From assembly GCA_934373635.1 (NCBI GenBank), contig CAKROZ010000005.1, positions 20,356 through 84,355 of the forward strand: a stretch of 64,000 nt of DNA, read 5' to 3'. Source of the DNA: an uncultured Eubacteriales bacterium. Its GTDB lineage: Bacteria > Bacillota > Clostridia > Oscillospirales > CAG-272. Positions 1 through 9,096 of this stretch are shown in pieces (position 1 is the first letter of the stretch; every line of letters starts with the position of its first letter). The position numbers and the translations under genes were made by a program. The notes beneath the pieces are model-generated. The model made no database searches. It was not told the origin of the DNA and worked only from the letters and a program-made list of their open reading frames with translations.

Positions 1-885
1 GCCGAGGAACAGCGTCGCAAAGACGGAGTGATAGGTCGCGGGAGTCTCTCCCGACGCCGCCGTCTTCACCGGGCAGGTGGAGTCGTTCCACACCTTCGCC
101 TCGGTCGTCTCGACGAAGCGGACGCCGCCGATCTCGCCGATCTCGCCCGCATAGAGGTTTTCGGGAGTCGCGTACTTGTGCGCGTCGATCCACTCGGGGT
201 CACGCATCAGGTCGTAGGCGACGTAGGGATGAATGATGGCGACGTACTTGCCGCCGATGGGGGGCGCGTTCTGCCCGCGGAGCTTCGCGACGACCTTCTG
301 GACCGTCTTGACGGTCAGCTTTGCGCTCGTATCGAGTCCCGATCTCGAGGTCACCGCCGTTTCCACGGATGCCGCGACCTTCGAGCAGTAGGACACGTTC
401 GTGCCGCCGACGAGGATGTTTCTCGTCACGGTATCGAGCGTGACGCCCGCCTGCCTGCCGAGGAGCTTCGTCGCCTCGAGAATGGTATTGTCGAGGGCGG
501 TCAGCTCGAGGACGTCGGACTGCTGAATGTAGTCGCCGTACTGGGAAACGGTCGCGGTCACGGCGGTCACGTCGAGTCTCTTGCCGACGGGCGTGACGCC
601 TTCGGTCAGGGGTGTGGTCGCCTTCGGAAGGGCGGAAAACTTGCGGAATTCGATGGTCTTGCCGCCGTTCTTCGGGATCGGTCTCTTCTGACCGAACTGG
701 TCGTGCACGAGGGCGGCGGATGCCTCGTCGATGAGCGTCATGTCATAGAAGGTCTTCATCTCCGCGGAAAGCCCGTTGGCTCCGACGGGATCATACGCCC
801 CCGATCTCGTGTCCGTGGTAACGTTGGTGTGCGTGGCGGTATCGGCGAAAAGCTGAAGGTCGAACCCTCTCAAAAATTCTTTCAT
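1..885 (-). CDS. Phage major capsid protein (HK97-fold, resembles the N4-gp56-type family), C-terminus cut by the window edge
   Basis: Not in the ORF track because there is no stop in the window. My own translation from ATG 885 (AAGGAG RBS) gives MKEFLRGFDLQLFADT...KTIEFRKFSALPKATTPLTEGVTPVGKRLDVTAVTATVSQYGDYIQQSD... The gene lies directly after the scaffold gene. Confidence 0.78.
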   Translation of the reverse strand, partial: MKEFLRGFDLQLFADTATHTNVTTDTRSGAYDPVGANGLSAEMKTFYDMTLIDEASAALVHDQFGQKRPIPKNGGKTIEFRKFSALPKATTPLTEGVTPVGKRLDVTAVTATVSQYGDYIQQSDVLELTALDNTILEATKLLGRQAGVTLDTVTRNILVGGTNVSYCSKVAASVETAVTSRSGLDTSAKLTVKTVQKVVAKLRGQNAPPIGGKYVAIIHPYVAYDLMRDPEWIDAHKYATPENLYAGEIGEIGGVRFVETTEAKVWNDSTCPVKTAASGETPATYHSVFATLFLG

Positions 886-945
886 GTTAAAATCTCCTTT
901 GTTTTTTAAGTTTTTTGACGGATAAGGAGATTTCGGATCTGCCTC

Positions 946-1890
946 TTAAAAGCGGATCTTCTCTCCCCTTGCGACCCTGCGGATGATCTCCGCACGGTCT
1001 TCTTTCGTAAGCTGTGACACGTCGCTTTTTATGACGGCGGACGCCGAAGAGTCGATGCCGTTTTCCGTCGGTCTCGCTCCACCCGCGATGATCCGGTTGA
1101 CCGTCTTCTGCTCTGCCTGCTTTGCGGCAAAGCCCATGGCGGCGGGGATGATCTCATCCTTGTGCACCACGGTATACGCCGTGTCAACGTCGATCCCGCT
1201 GCGGAGAAGAGACGCGAACTGCGGGTTCTTTATCTCTTCGCCGAGATTCAGAGAGGGGTACTTCGCCTTGGCGCGTTCTGCCTGTTCGATCCACCCTGCG
1301 TAGATCTTCTTGGCTTCATCGTCCGCCTTCCGGCTGTCCACCTGCCGTTTCAGCTCGGCGTTTTCTCTCTCCATCTTCTTGACTTCCTTGAGCTGTTCCA
1401 CGGTAAGCCCCCGCTCGAGTGCCTCATCCTCGTAGTAGGAATCGTCCTCTTCGATGGCTTTGACCAGCGCGCCGATATCGGACGCGTCGGCACCGTACTT
1501 CTTGGAAAGCATCTCAAGGACGGGAGAGAGCGCCTCGTACTTCTCGACGGTTTCCTTCGTCCCCTTGAGTCTCTTCTGAACGGTATCCTGTACCCGCGCG
1601 TCGTAAAGGTCTTTGTACTCGCCCTTGATGAGCTTTTCAAATTCCGCGTTGCGATCGGGGGGCGTCGGGACACTGTCCTCGTCCGTTTTCCCATTGGCGG
1701 GATGGGGTTTCTCCTCTTCCTGTTTGCCATATCTGACAGCGGAGAGAGGATTCTTGTTTTCTGCCTTGCTTTGCAGGTCGGAGGCACCTGCCGTTACTCC
1801 CGTTGCTCCGTCGGCACCTGTGCCACCCTCTCCCGCTCCTTCTGCGAAGAGCTGAAGATCGATGCGACGAAAATCTTTGCTGTTTTTCAT
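946..1890 (-). CDS. Phage scaffolding protein
   Basis: ORF 946..1998 trimmed to ATG 1890 (AAAGGA RBS). Begins MKNSKDFRRIDLQLFAEG, followed by a long charged, helical-looking body (KKMERENAELKRQVDSRKADDEAKK). Lies between the Prp-like protease and the capsid gene. Confidence 0.7.
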   Translation of the reverse strand: MKNSKDFRRIDLQLFAEGAGEGGTGADGATGVTAGASDLQSKAENKNPLSAVRYGKQEEEKPHPANGKTDEDSVPTPPDRNAEFEKLIKGEYKDLYDARVQDTVQKRLKGTKETVEKYEALSPVLEMLSKKYGADASDIGALVKAIEEDDSYYEDEALERGLTVEQLKEVKKMERENAELKRQVDSRKADDEAKKIYAGWIEQAERAKAKYPSLNLGEEIKNPQFASLLRSGIDVDTAYTVVHKDEIIPAAMGFAAKQAEQKTVNRIIAGGARPTENGIDSSASAVIKSDVSQLTKEDRAEIIRRVARGEKIRF

Positions 1891-1945
1891 GTGGTAATCC
1901 TTTCTGTCCGTCAAGTGGACGATCCTTTTGGTATATAGTAAGGCG

Positions 1946-2290
1946 TTACGCCTGACCAAACGATGTGAGTGTGACATGGTGCGGGTAGCTTTCCGCAAGG
2001 AGCGCGTACCCTTCCTCTATCACACAGAAGACACGGAGAAGCGACCGATAGTCATCGGGATCGCCCGCGGTGCAGAGAATGTGCGCGTCCCCCTCGTCGA
2101 GGCGGATCGAAGCATCGAGGCTTTCCCCGCGCTCCCGCGCCGTGTCGACGTTTTTCGCGAGGGTGTAGGTGAGGATCGAGACGGCGGCGCATACGACGTC
2201 CCGTCCCTTTTCTCCGTATCCCGCGTGCCCTTTGACGGTGAGAGACAGGCGTCTTTCCCCGTCGTCCTTTGCAAGGGTGATCTCGATCAT
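1946..2290 (-). CDS. Phage-encoded Prp-like cysteine protease (ribosomal-processing protease / YsxB family)
   Basis: ORF trimmed to ATG 2290. Reads MIEITLAKDDG...VKGHAGYGEKGRDVVCAAVSILT, which shows the His...Cys context typical of the Prp family. 114 aa. Confidence 0.78.
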   Translation of the reverse strand: MIEITLAKDDGERRLSLTVKGHAGYGEKGRDVVCAAVSILTYTLAKNVDTARERGESLDASIRLDEGDAHILCTAGDPDDYRSLLRVFCVIEEGYALLAESYPHHVTLTSFGQA

Positions 2291-2571
2291 CGGAACATCC
2301 TCGACGCGTCGGTAAGCTCCGTGTCGGCGGGGAGATAGTCCGCGTTGTCGAAGAGGGTGAGGACGATCTCCTTCTCCCCCATTCCGAGCCAATCGAGCAC
2401 CGCCTCCTTGACCTCTTCGGGCTTTCTTGCCAACCCGTCGTCGAGGTCATACATGTCGAGGTTATCGAAGAACGTCCCCACCGCGGCGATAGCGGCGCGG
2501 AAGCCTTCGACAAACGCACGGTCTTTCTCGCTCAGCTTGTCCGTTTCTTTTCTGTAATCGGGAATGTACAT
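2287..2571 (-). CDS. Hypothetical head-module protein (94 aa, acidic)
   Basis: Intact ORF whose stop overlaps the Prp start in an ATGA junction. Starts 11 nt after the portal stop. No recognisable motif. Confidence 0.5.
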   Translation of the reverse strand: MYIPDYRKETDKLSEKDRAFVEGFRAAIAAVGTFFDNLDMYDLDDGLARKPEEVKEAVLDWLGMGEKEIVLTLFDNADYLPADTELTDASRMFR

Positions 2572-2582
2572 GTCCGTCTCCT

Positions 2583-4628
2583 TTATGTCGGCGAGGTGGA
2601 CTCTGCCACTCTCTGCCGTGCTTTTTTCGTGGTGGTGCTCTCTGCGCTTCCGCTCTCGCCGCCGAGCGCCTCGGTATCGTCTACCCGTGCCGCGGGATCG
2701 GTACCGTCGATCGGTGCGACGGGTGCGCCACCCGAAAACTGCGCCATCAGCCCCTCGGCGATGTTGCTTCCGCGGCTCGCGTCGACCATCTGCGCGAGCA
2801 TGAGCATCTGCTGTTGCATCATCTGCATCTGACGGAACATGCCGCCGTTCTCCGAGATCTTCCGCATGACGAAGGTCTTGCGGTCGAAGTCCATCATGTC
2901 GAGACAGGCGAGCGCCTGATCGGCAAGCTGAGGATTGAAAAATCCCGCCTGATAAAACTGCAAGGCAAGCTCGTTTTGGCTCATCTTGGAATACGGACTC
3001 TGCTTCTGCGCGGTCACCTCGATGTCGAAGAGGGGCAATCTGTACCCCATGTCGACGCCGAAGTCCGTCCCCTGTCCCTGCGGTCGGATGTTCGCATTGC
3101 TATACTGCACGTAGCGCGTGGCGCCGCTCTCTCCCATGATGCGGAAGCATCGCGGCGTATCGTAAAACTGGCGGATCAGCTCGATACAGAGGATGCACAG
3201 CTTTCGGAACGCCCGATAGGACGCTTTGATGTTATCGCGGGAGAGCTTCGAGCCTGCCTCCTGCATTGCCGCGATGGCGGACGCCGCCGTGACGCCGCTC
3301 GTCGTTCCTCCCGTGGAGATGTCCCGGTTCCCCGTCGTCTCCTTCAGCTCGTCGATCTTGTTGTTGATGACCGAGACGTAGATGTCGGAGAGAGGCTTTC
3401 CCTGCACGGGCTTGATGCTGTCGTCACCGAGGTTGCCGTCCACGTGAACGAAGTCCTTCGAGAGGTCTGCATACTCTTCCTCGTTGACGGAGCCGTCGCT
3501 TCGGATGAAGTGCCGCGGCTTCGCGTTGGCGAGCATGTTCTCCATGATCGCCTGATTGCCTTTGTCGATGTACTGTTGTGCGTCCTTGCCGACGTCGATA
3601 TATCCGAAGCCCGTCGGCGTCCCTTCCACGGGGAAAAGCACGTCGAAGACAAAGGGATATTCCCCGTGATCGTACCATCCGCGCTCCGCGAAGGCGGGGT
3701 CGTTTTCCGTGGCGAAGAGGACGACGTCATTCACGTACTTGCAATAGTGGAGCACGCGCCGCCCGTCGACGAATTTGCGATAGTACCAGTCCACAACGAC
3801 GGATTTCTCCGAGGTGTCGACTTTATCGTCGTATACGTACTTTGCGATATTGTCGCCGCCCCCGCCGAGCTTCCCCGAGAGTTGCGGGTATTTTTGCAGA
3901 AGCGCATCGTTGTCCGCGAGCTCTACGTGAAAGAGGTTCGGGGACTTCTGTATGTCCGTAATCCCCGGCTCCCAAAAGAGATGCAAAAGGTCGATCTTGC
4001 AAAGGGCAATGTCACCGAGACCGCCGAGCTTCGTCTTGTCCCAAAACACGCCGTAAACGCCCGTGCCGGTCTTCAGCTTATACATCCATACGTCCGAGTA
4101 CACCTGCTCGAAGTCGCATTGATCGAGCACCACGGGGACGACGGAGGAGAGCATCTCCGCCTCCGCCCTGTCGCCCTCCTCTCTCGGGAGAATGTTCGGC
4201 GACGGGAAGTTGTCCATCGCGTCGGCGTGCTTGTTCGCGATACAGTTGAAGAGCCACGCGGACACGGGCTTGATGCGGTCGTCTTCGCTCCGCATACATT
4301 CCCAATGACGGAGCTTGTACCATTGCTCGTTGTCGACGATCTTCTGCTCGAGGTTGCTTTTCCCCTCTTTGTACCGATTCAGGATGAGGTTCGCGTTCTG
4401 AAGCTGTTCTCTTCCGATCGGTTGCTCTATGACGCGAAAGCCGTTCACGGCGCCGTCCGCGAAGACGCCCTGCCCGTTTTGCATTTGCTCCCGTGCCCGT
4501 GCGACATAATCGCTCGCGGTCGGCTGCGGGGCGGACTGATGCCGCATCGTCTGCTCTTCGTAAGGCGCCTGCGCGTCAATGCTCCGTGATGCGGGGGCTT
4601 GTGCGATTGTTTTCTTTCTGATCTCCAT
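2583..4628 (-). CDS. Phage portal protein (putative)
   Basis: The ORF in the track is 696 aa. The likely start is ATG 4628 (GGAGAACGGA RBS), 29 nt after the TerL stop. The call rests on size and on position between TerL and the head-maturation genes. Confidence 0.72.
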   Translation of the reverse strand: MEIRKKTIAQAPASRSIDAQAPYEEQTMRHQSAPQPTASDYVARAREQMQNGQGVFADGAVNGFRVIEQPIGREQLQNANLILNRYKEGKSNLEQKIVDNEQWYKLRHWECMRSEDDRIKPVSAWLFNCIANKHADAMDNFPSPNILPREEGDRAEAEMLSSVVPVVLDQCDFEQVYSDVWMYKLKTGTGVYGVFWDKTKLGGLGDIALCKIDLLHLFWEPGITDIQKSPNLFHVELADNDALLQKYPQLSGKLGGGGDNIAKYVYDDKVDTSEKSVVVDWYYRKFVDGRRVLHYCKYVNDVVLFATENDPAFAERGWYDHGEYPFVFDVLFPVEGTPTGFGYIDVGKDAQQYIDKGNQAIMENMLANAKPRHFIRSDGSVNEEEYADLSKDFVHVDGNLGDDSIKPVQGKPLSDIYVSVINNKIDELKETTGNRDISTGGTTSGVTAASAIAAMQEAGSKLSRDNIKASYRAFRKLCILCIELIRQFYDTPRCFRIMGESGATRYVQYSNANIRPQGQGTDFGVDMGYRLPLFDIEVTAQKQSPYSKMSQNELALQFYQAGFFNPQLADQALACLDMMDFDRKTFVMRKISENGGMFRQMQMMQQQMLMLAQMVDASRGSNIAEGLMAQFSGGAPVAPIDGTDPAARVDDTEALGGESGSAESTTTKKARQRVAESTSPT

Positions 4629-4656
4629 TCCGTTCTCCGTCTGCCGCAGGAGCGGC

Positions 4657-6132
4657 TCATTCGATGATCTCAAATCTTGTCTTCTTCGGTTTCGCCGTGA
4701 TGTCCTCCTTCGGGATATCGAGGAACATCGCCATCGGCGACGAAAGGTATTTATCGGGTGCTTTGTTCGCTCTCGCCTTGATCGGGCGCGACATGCAGAA
4801 GTACCGCCACTCGTCCGCCTGATGGTCTTCTCCGTCCGTGTCGAGGTCTTCCGTGCGGTTCTCGTCGTAGATCAGCGTCGGGATCGTCCGAAGGAACGCC
4901 CGGCACCCCGAGAACACATACATCATCGGGTAGCCGTTCTCGTCGAAGGAGAGGCGGTAGTGACACTGAAGCCACCCCGAAAGGCGGTCGTTGTCCCCCT
5001 TGGTGAAATAGACCCGATGCTTTGCCGCGGTCTCCGCGATGGACTCGCCCGTCTGCGCGTTCCATATCGCGGGGTCGGCGACGCCGATGATCTTCTTCCC
5101 TCTGAGCCATCGGTGCTCGCACTCGATCCTGCAGATCTCCGAGAACACCTCGTCGGGGATCATCTCGACGCCCGTGTTCGGTGTCTTCTTGCACCCGTAA
5201 TACTCGAGAATCCGATATGCCACGCCGTCGGTGTCGACCGCCCACCATCCGACGGAAAAGGGGTGATGATACCCCCAGTCGAAGGAGCGGTAGAGCGTCC
5301 AGTTCTCGGGAATCTCGAAGGGGGCGATCACATGCGTCCACCGTCTGTCCTCATAGTGTGCGGGGTCGTCCTTCCACTCAGAGAAATACTGTCCCGTGTA
5401 GGAATTCCAGTCTCCGTACAAAAGCGCATTTTTCTCCGCCTCGGGCAAAGAGGCAAGTCGCGTGAGATACTCCGGGTCGTTTTCGAGCAGGATCTTGTTG
5501 TCGAAAACCGACGAGGGGACGAAGATGCGGGAGCGGCGTCTTCTTTCCGCTCTCCCGTCGGGGAAAGTGACATCGACATTCTCCCATATCGTCGTCATCG
5601 GCTTCGCCGCCGTGATAAACCTGTCCTTGACCCATCCGTGCCCGATGCCGCCGGGGTTGGCGGTCGCCCGGATATAGCACCTTGTGCCCTCCCCGTTCGG
5701 GCGGTTACGGGAGGAAAGGTAGATGTATTCGTCGTAGGTGAAGTGCGTCAGCTCGTCAAACGCGATGAAGTCATACGCCTTGCCCTGATAGTTGGTCTTG
5801 TCCTGTGCGTGTTGCATCGAGCCGAAGATGATTTTCGCCCCGCTCGGGAATCGCCATGTGTGCTCGGTGCCGTTGTACCTTGCCCCGGGGAACGCCTGCG
5901 GGTAATACTTCAGAGACTTGTCGATCAGCTCGGTGAGTTGCGGATAGGTCTTGCGCAGGATCAATCCCTTATAGTGGGGAATGTGCACCTGCCTTGTCGC
6001 CTCGATCACGAGCGCGTCGCTCTTCCCTCCGCCCGCGGCACCGCCGTACAGTGCCTCGTCTTCGGGGCGGGACATAAAAGCACGCTGTCGCGGTTGCGGC
6101 TCCCATACGATATGGTCAGCCACCCGTCTCAC
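4657..6132 (-). CDS. terL: Terminase large subunit
   Basis: The N-terminus WEPQPRQRAF..LYGGAAGGGKS is Walker A-like. YDFIAFDELTHF is Walker B-like. 491 aa. The GTG start overlaps the end of TerS. Confidence 0.9.
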   Translation of the reverse strand: MRRVADHIVWEPQPRQRAFMSRPEDEALYGGAAGGGKSDALVIEATRQVHIPHYKGLILRKTYPQLTELIDKSLKYYPQAFPGARYNGTEHTWRFPSGAKIIFGSMQHAQDKTNYQGKAYDFIAFDELTHFTYDEYIYLSSRNRPNGEGTRCYIRATANPGGIGHGWVKDRFITAAKPMTTIWENVDVTFPDGRAERRRRSRIFVPSSVFDNKILLENDPEYLTRLASLPEAEKNALLYGDWNSYTGQYFSEWKDDPAHYEDRRWTHVIAPFEIPENWTLYRSFDWGYHHPFSVGWWAVDTDGVAYRILEYYGCKKTPNTGVEMIPDEVFSEICRIECEHRWLRGKKIIGVADPAIWNAQTGESIAETAAKHRVYFTKGDNDRLSGWLQCHYRLSFDENGYPMMYVFSGCRAFLRTIPTLIYDENRTEDLDTDGEDHQADEWRYFCMSRPIKARANKAPDKYLSSPMAMFLDIPKEDITAKPKKTRFEIIE

Positions 6133-6610
6133 CCGTCTTTCCGTCCGAGACCGCGGGGAGCAAAAGAACGCCGAACCGACCGTCCGTCTCCTCTTCCGTC
6201 GTGCTCTCCCGTCTCAGTTTCTCGATTCTTGCGATCTGCTCCTGCATATCGAGTTCCGCTTTCAGTCCCTTGATCTCGCGGAGATCTTTCAGGGCACCCG
6301 TAATATCGCGATATCCGCGACCTGCGACGGCGACGGCAAGAGACCCGTCGTCGATCCCGTCACTGATCATCTTCAGCAGTTTGTCCGCGATGGAATCAAA
6401 CATCTCCGCGCGCTTTGCCGACCGACTTGCCACGGATTCCACGATTTTCGCATTCGCTTTGGTTTCGCTTTGCTTCCGCAAGTCTGCCCATTTCTCACCG
6501 ATTGCTCTTCGGGTGACGGAGCTGAGCGAAACTCCGTATTTCACGGCAAGTTTGCGGTAACTTGTCCCACCTCGGATATACTCTGCCTTGATCCTTTTGA
6601 AATCCGGCAT
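6116..6610 (-). CDS. terS: Terminase small subunit (HTH-containing)
   Basis: 164 aa with an N-terminal HTH-like segment (GTSYRKLAVKYGVSLSSVTRR). Overlaps the TerL start. AAGGAGG RBS before ATG 6610. Confidence 0.7.
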   Translation of the reverse strand: MPDFKRIKAEYIRGGTSYRKLAVKYGVSLSSVTRRAIGEKWADLRKQSETKANAKIVESVASRSAKRAEMFDSIADKLLKMISDGIDDGSLAVAVAGRGYRDITGALKDLREIKGLKAELDMQEQIARIEKLRRESTTEEETDGRFGVLLLPAVSDGKTGETGG

Positions 6611-6691
6611 AGCATACCTCCTTTATGCTGTTATTATAAAACGCGCCCCCCTCAAAACTAAATCCCACCCCCCCTCAAAAAAATTTTCAAC

Positions 6692-6719
6692 AAAAAAAGA
6701 GGGCGCCGAAGCACCCTCC
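6692..6719 (-). terminator. Rho-independent terminator after the ASCH gene
   Basis: On the minus strand, the hairpin GAGGGTGCTTCGGCGCCCTC is followed by a TTTTTTT run. Confidence 0.55.
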
Positions 6720-6730
6720 GTTTTGCGGGT

Positions 6731-7321
6731 TTATATAAGCTTTTCCACATAGCACCAAGACTGCGGGGGGCGGGTAAGCGTTTCGCCACATCTTTGCGTT
6801 TGCCCTGCGCGGAAACAATGGTATTTGTATGTGCAGCCGCTTTCGGTCGCATAGGGGCACTTGTCCGCTTTCCAAAAGTTCCCCAACTCCTTCGGCTTGT
6901 CGTAGATTTTGAGGTCGGAGATGTGCCAGCCGTATAGCGTTTTCCCATTTCCATAAGCAAGGATTTCCCCGTATGGCAAACAGGTTTCTTTTTCCTCTGG
7001 AATCCAGTACGCGAACACGCCGTCTTTGGGCTCTGTGATAATCGTCCCATCCAAATCTTCTGCTCCAACAAAGTCATCCGCATAATATGTTTTTATGTCA
7101 TCACACACAAACTCACCGATGACCTGCCCGCGCCCTGTGTAAAGCACATGACCGTCCTCGTCAACGAATGTCGGCATATCCGACCGCGCTTTTGTCTCGT
7201 ATATGTAGCACCTGAACGGTGTCTCGATCATCGGTCGCGTCTTGCGCACCTCGATTGTCTTCTCTCCACTCGCTATGAGTTCACACCACTTCGGGTGGAT
7301 GCTGATAAGTACGGATTTCAT
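6731..7321 (-). CDS. ASCH domain protein
   Basis: ORF trimmed to ATG 7321. MKSVLISIHPKWCELIASGEKTIEVRK is the typical ASCH N-terminus. Confidence 0.7.
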   Translation of the reverse strand: MKSVLISIHPKWCELIASGEKTIEVRKTRPMIETPFRCYIYETKARSDMPTFVDEDGHVLYTGRGQVIGEFVCDDIKTYYADDFVGAEDLDGTIITEPKDGVFAYWIPEEKETCLPYGEILAYGNGKTLYGWHISDLKIYDKPKELGNFWKADKCPYATESGCTYKYHCFRAGQTQRCGETLTRPPQSWCYVEKLI

Positions 7322-7500
7322 TGTCTTCTCCTTTTCTCGGACGCCTTGTCCGCTTCTTTCCACACATGGTAGAGTGCGTATGCTACCGGGTCGTTGACAT
7401 ACTGCGCCGCGCGTGCTTTTTCGTATTCCTCGCGCAATCGTTCGATTGCCTTTTCGATCGTCATGCCGTGCTTGTCTGCCTCTTCTTTGCACTCTCTCAT
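7318..7500 (-). CDS. Hypothetical small phage protein (60 aa)
   Basis: ORF trimmed to ATG 7500, which overlaps the upstream stop in an ATGA junction. Its own stop overlaps the ASCH start. Confidence 0.4.
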   Translation of the reverse strand: MRECKEEADKHGMTIEKAIERLREEYEKARAAQYVNDPVAYALYHVWKEADKASEKRRRQ

Positions 7501-7802
7501 TCGCTCTCGCCTCCGTCCATCTTTGCACCGCACCACGGGCAATAGGTATATCTCGCGCGGATCATGTATGCGATCTTCCCGCAAAGCGAGCAGATGCGGC
7601 GATAACTTTTTGTAGTGGTCGGAACGGTGCGGAACCATTTTCCGTGCTTTACTTCCTGCACATTGGCAGTCGAAAGTCCTTCAATGTCTTCTCGTTTTGC
7701 ATATAACCCGTCAAGCTTTTTCGTGCGAACCATCATGCCGTCAAGCATAGGCACGAAAATTTCTTTGTACTCGATCAGATCCGCGTCAATGTACCTCGCC
7801 AT
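7497..7802 (-). CDS. Hypothetical phage protein with a C-terminal zinc ribbon
   Basis: 101 aa. The C-terminus reads CSLCGK...CPWCGAKM. Confidence 0.5.
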   Translation of the reverse strand: MARYIDADLIEYKEIFVPMLDGMMVRTKKLDGLYAKREDIEGLSTANVQEVKHGKWFRTVPTTTKSYRRICSLCGKIAYMIRARYTYCPWCGAKMDGGESE

Positions 7803-9003
7803 CTTCCTCTCCTCCTATTCGTTTCTTTGTTACCGCGATCGGAAAATCTATCGTCGTTTGTTCCGCCATAAGAGGGTTTGTTTCGGGACTCCATGCAACT
7901 CCGATGTAATCAAGGACGCGTGCCCAACCGAAAGCGTTTCCTTCTTCATCTTTACAGCACCGAAACATGAGGTAATCCCATTCCTTTGGGTTCGTCTGAT
8001 AAAGATAGTCAAATCGATTCGGACGCTTTTCGAGATGAATTCCGAATCCACACATAGAGCACCCTGTTCTTTGTGCCTTTGTGGTGTACAAATTTCCGTT
8101 TTCGTCAGCGTCGATAGTTCCATAAGCTTCCGGGATTATGGTGTCGATTTCGGTTTCGCCAAATTCGCGCCAGTGTGCATGATAGTATTCATCCATTTCA
8201 AGAGCAAGTCGAAGAATGTCTTGTCTTGAGAATATGGCAAAAGGCGCACTCCTCTGGGTTCCTTCCGTCCAGTAATTGCAGCCGTTCACCATCAGTGCCT
8301 TTTCGCGCCGTCCGCCCTCGGACGCCATGAGACCGACGAATGGGACACTGTTGTGTTCCTTCGCCCAAAGATCACACGGACGTTCTTTCAGGTAGTAGCA
8401 ACATTTCGCGGAAACCTTAAAATTCGGCTTTTGATAACTCACTCTTTCGTTTTCGTTCTCATAACCGCCGAATTTTTCGAGCCATTTTTGCGACAACTTC
8501 ATTCTTGAATTCTTGCGGTTGCCCCCATATTCCCCTGTTTCTCCTGTTATTATCGCGTGTCGTACCGTTGCATTATTTTCGGTCGGATTCTGCAACAGTT
8601 CAATTTTAGCGGCAATTTCTTTTGAAAGAACCGGAAAGCCGAATTCCTGAATGACTGCCGATTTTGTCCACGGCTTTCCGTTTTCTCGTTTGATCGGACT
8701 AACGGATACAATTCCTAACGCCTTATGTACCGCTTGATTTCCTCGATCTTCAAGGTAAGAAGCGGATACGCCGGGGCAATGGATTCCGATAGAGTGTAAG
8801 AACAAAAACAGTGTAATACTATCCAAACCACCGACAGAAACATGATACTCTTTATCATGCTCGTCACACATTTGTACAAACTCGCGGGCGCGAATTGCGG
8901 CATATTCTTTCTTCAGTTCGTAAGGCATTTGTTGTTTTACCTTAAAATATGCACGCTTTGCGTCCGCCCCAATTCTATTGTTTCTTTCGATGATAGATTC
9001 CAT
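7786..9003 (-). CDS. Phosphoadenosine phosphosulfate (PAPS) reductase-family / PP-loop protein
   Basis: 405 aa. PP-loop-like VSVGGLDS near the N-terminus and a C-terminal Cys cluster (CSMCGFG). The gene is visibly AT-richer than its flanks. Confidence 0.75.
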   Translation of the reverse strand: MESIIERNNRIGADAKRAYFKVKQQMPYELKKEYAAIRAREFVQMCDEHDKEYHVSVGGLDSITLFLFLHSIGIHCPGVSASYLEDRGNQAVHKALGIVSVSPIKRENGKPWTKSAVIQEFGFPVLSKEIAAKIELLQNPTENNATVRHAIITGETGEYGGNRKNSRMKLSQKWLEKFGGYENENERVSYQKPNFKVSAKCCYYLKERPCDLWAKEHNSVPFVGLMASEGGRREKALMVNGCNYWTEGTQRSAPFAIFSRQDILRLALEMDEYYHAHWREFGETEIDTIIPEAYGTIDADENGNLYTTKAQRTGCSMCGFGIHLEKRPNRFDYLYQTNPKEWDYLMFRCCKDEEGNAFGWARVLDYIGVAWSPETNPLMAEQTTIDFPIAVTKKRIGGEEDGEVH

Positions 9004-9096
9004 GATTTGAAACCTCCCTCACATTTTCTCTTTTTATGCGACCGCCACACGCTCGCCGCGGATCTCCGTGATGTTCCCTAAATGCTTCATGACAGT

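Noticed and set aside
28-909. 293-aa plus-strand ORF at the left edge
   Set aside because: It is Arg/Gly-rich with no motif and lies exactly antisense to a well-supported capsid gene that has an RBS and a conserved sequence. This is a typical shadow ORF in GC-rich DNA.
2814-6273. Long plus-strand ORFs 2814..4589 and 4579..6273
   Set aside because: They are antisense shadows of the portal and terminase genes. They have an R/G/V/L-rich low-information composition, no RBS and no family signatures.
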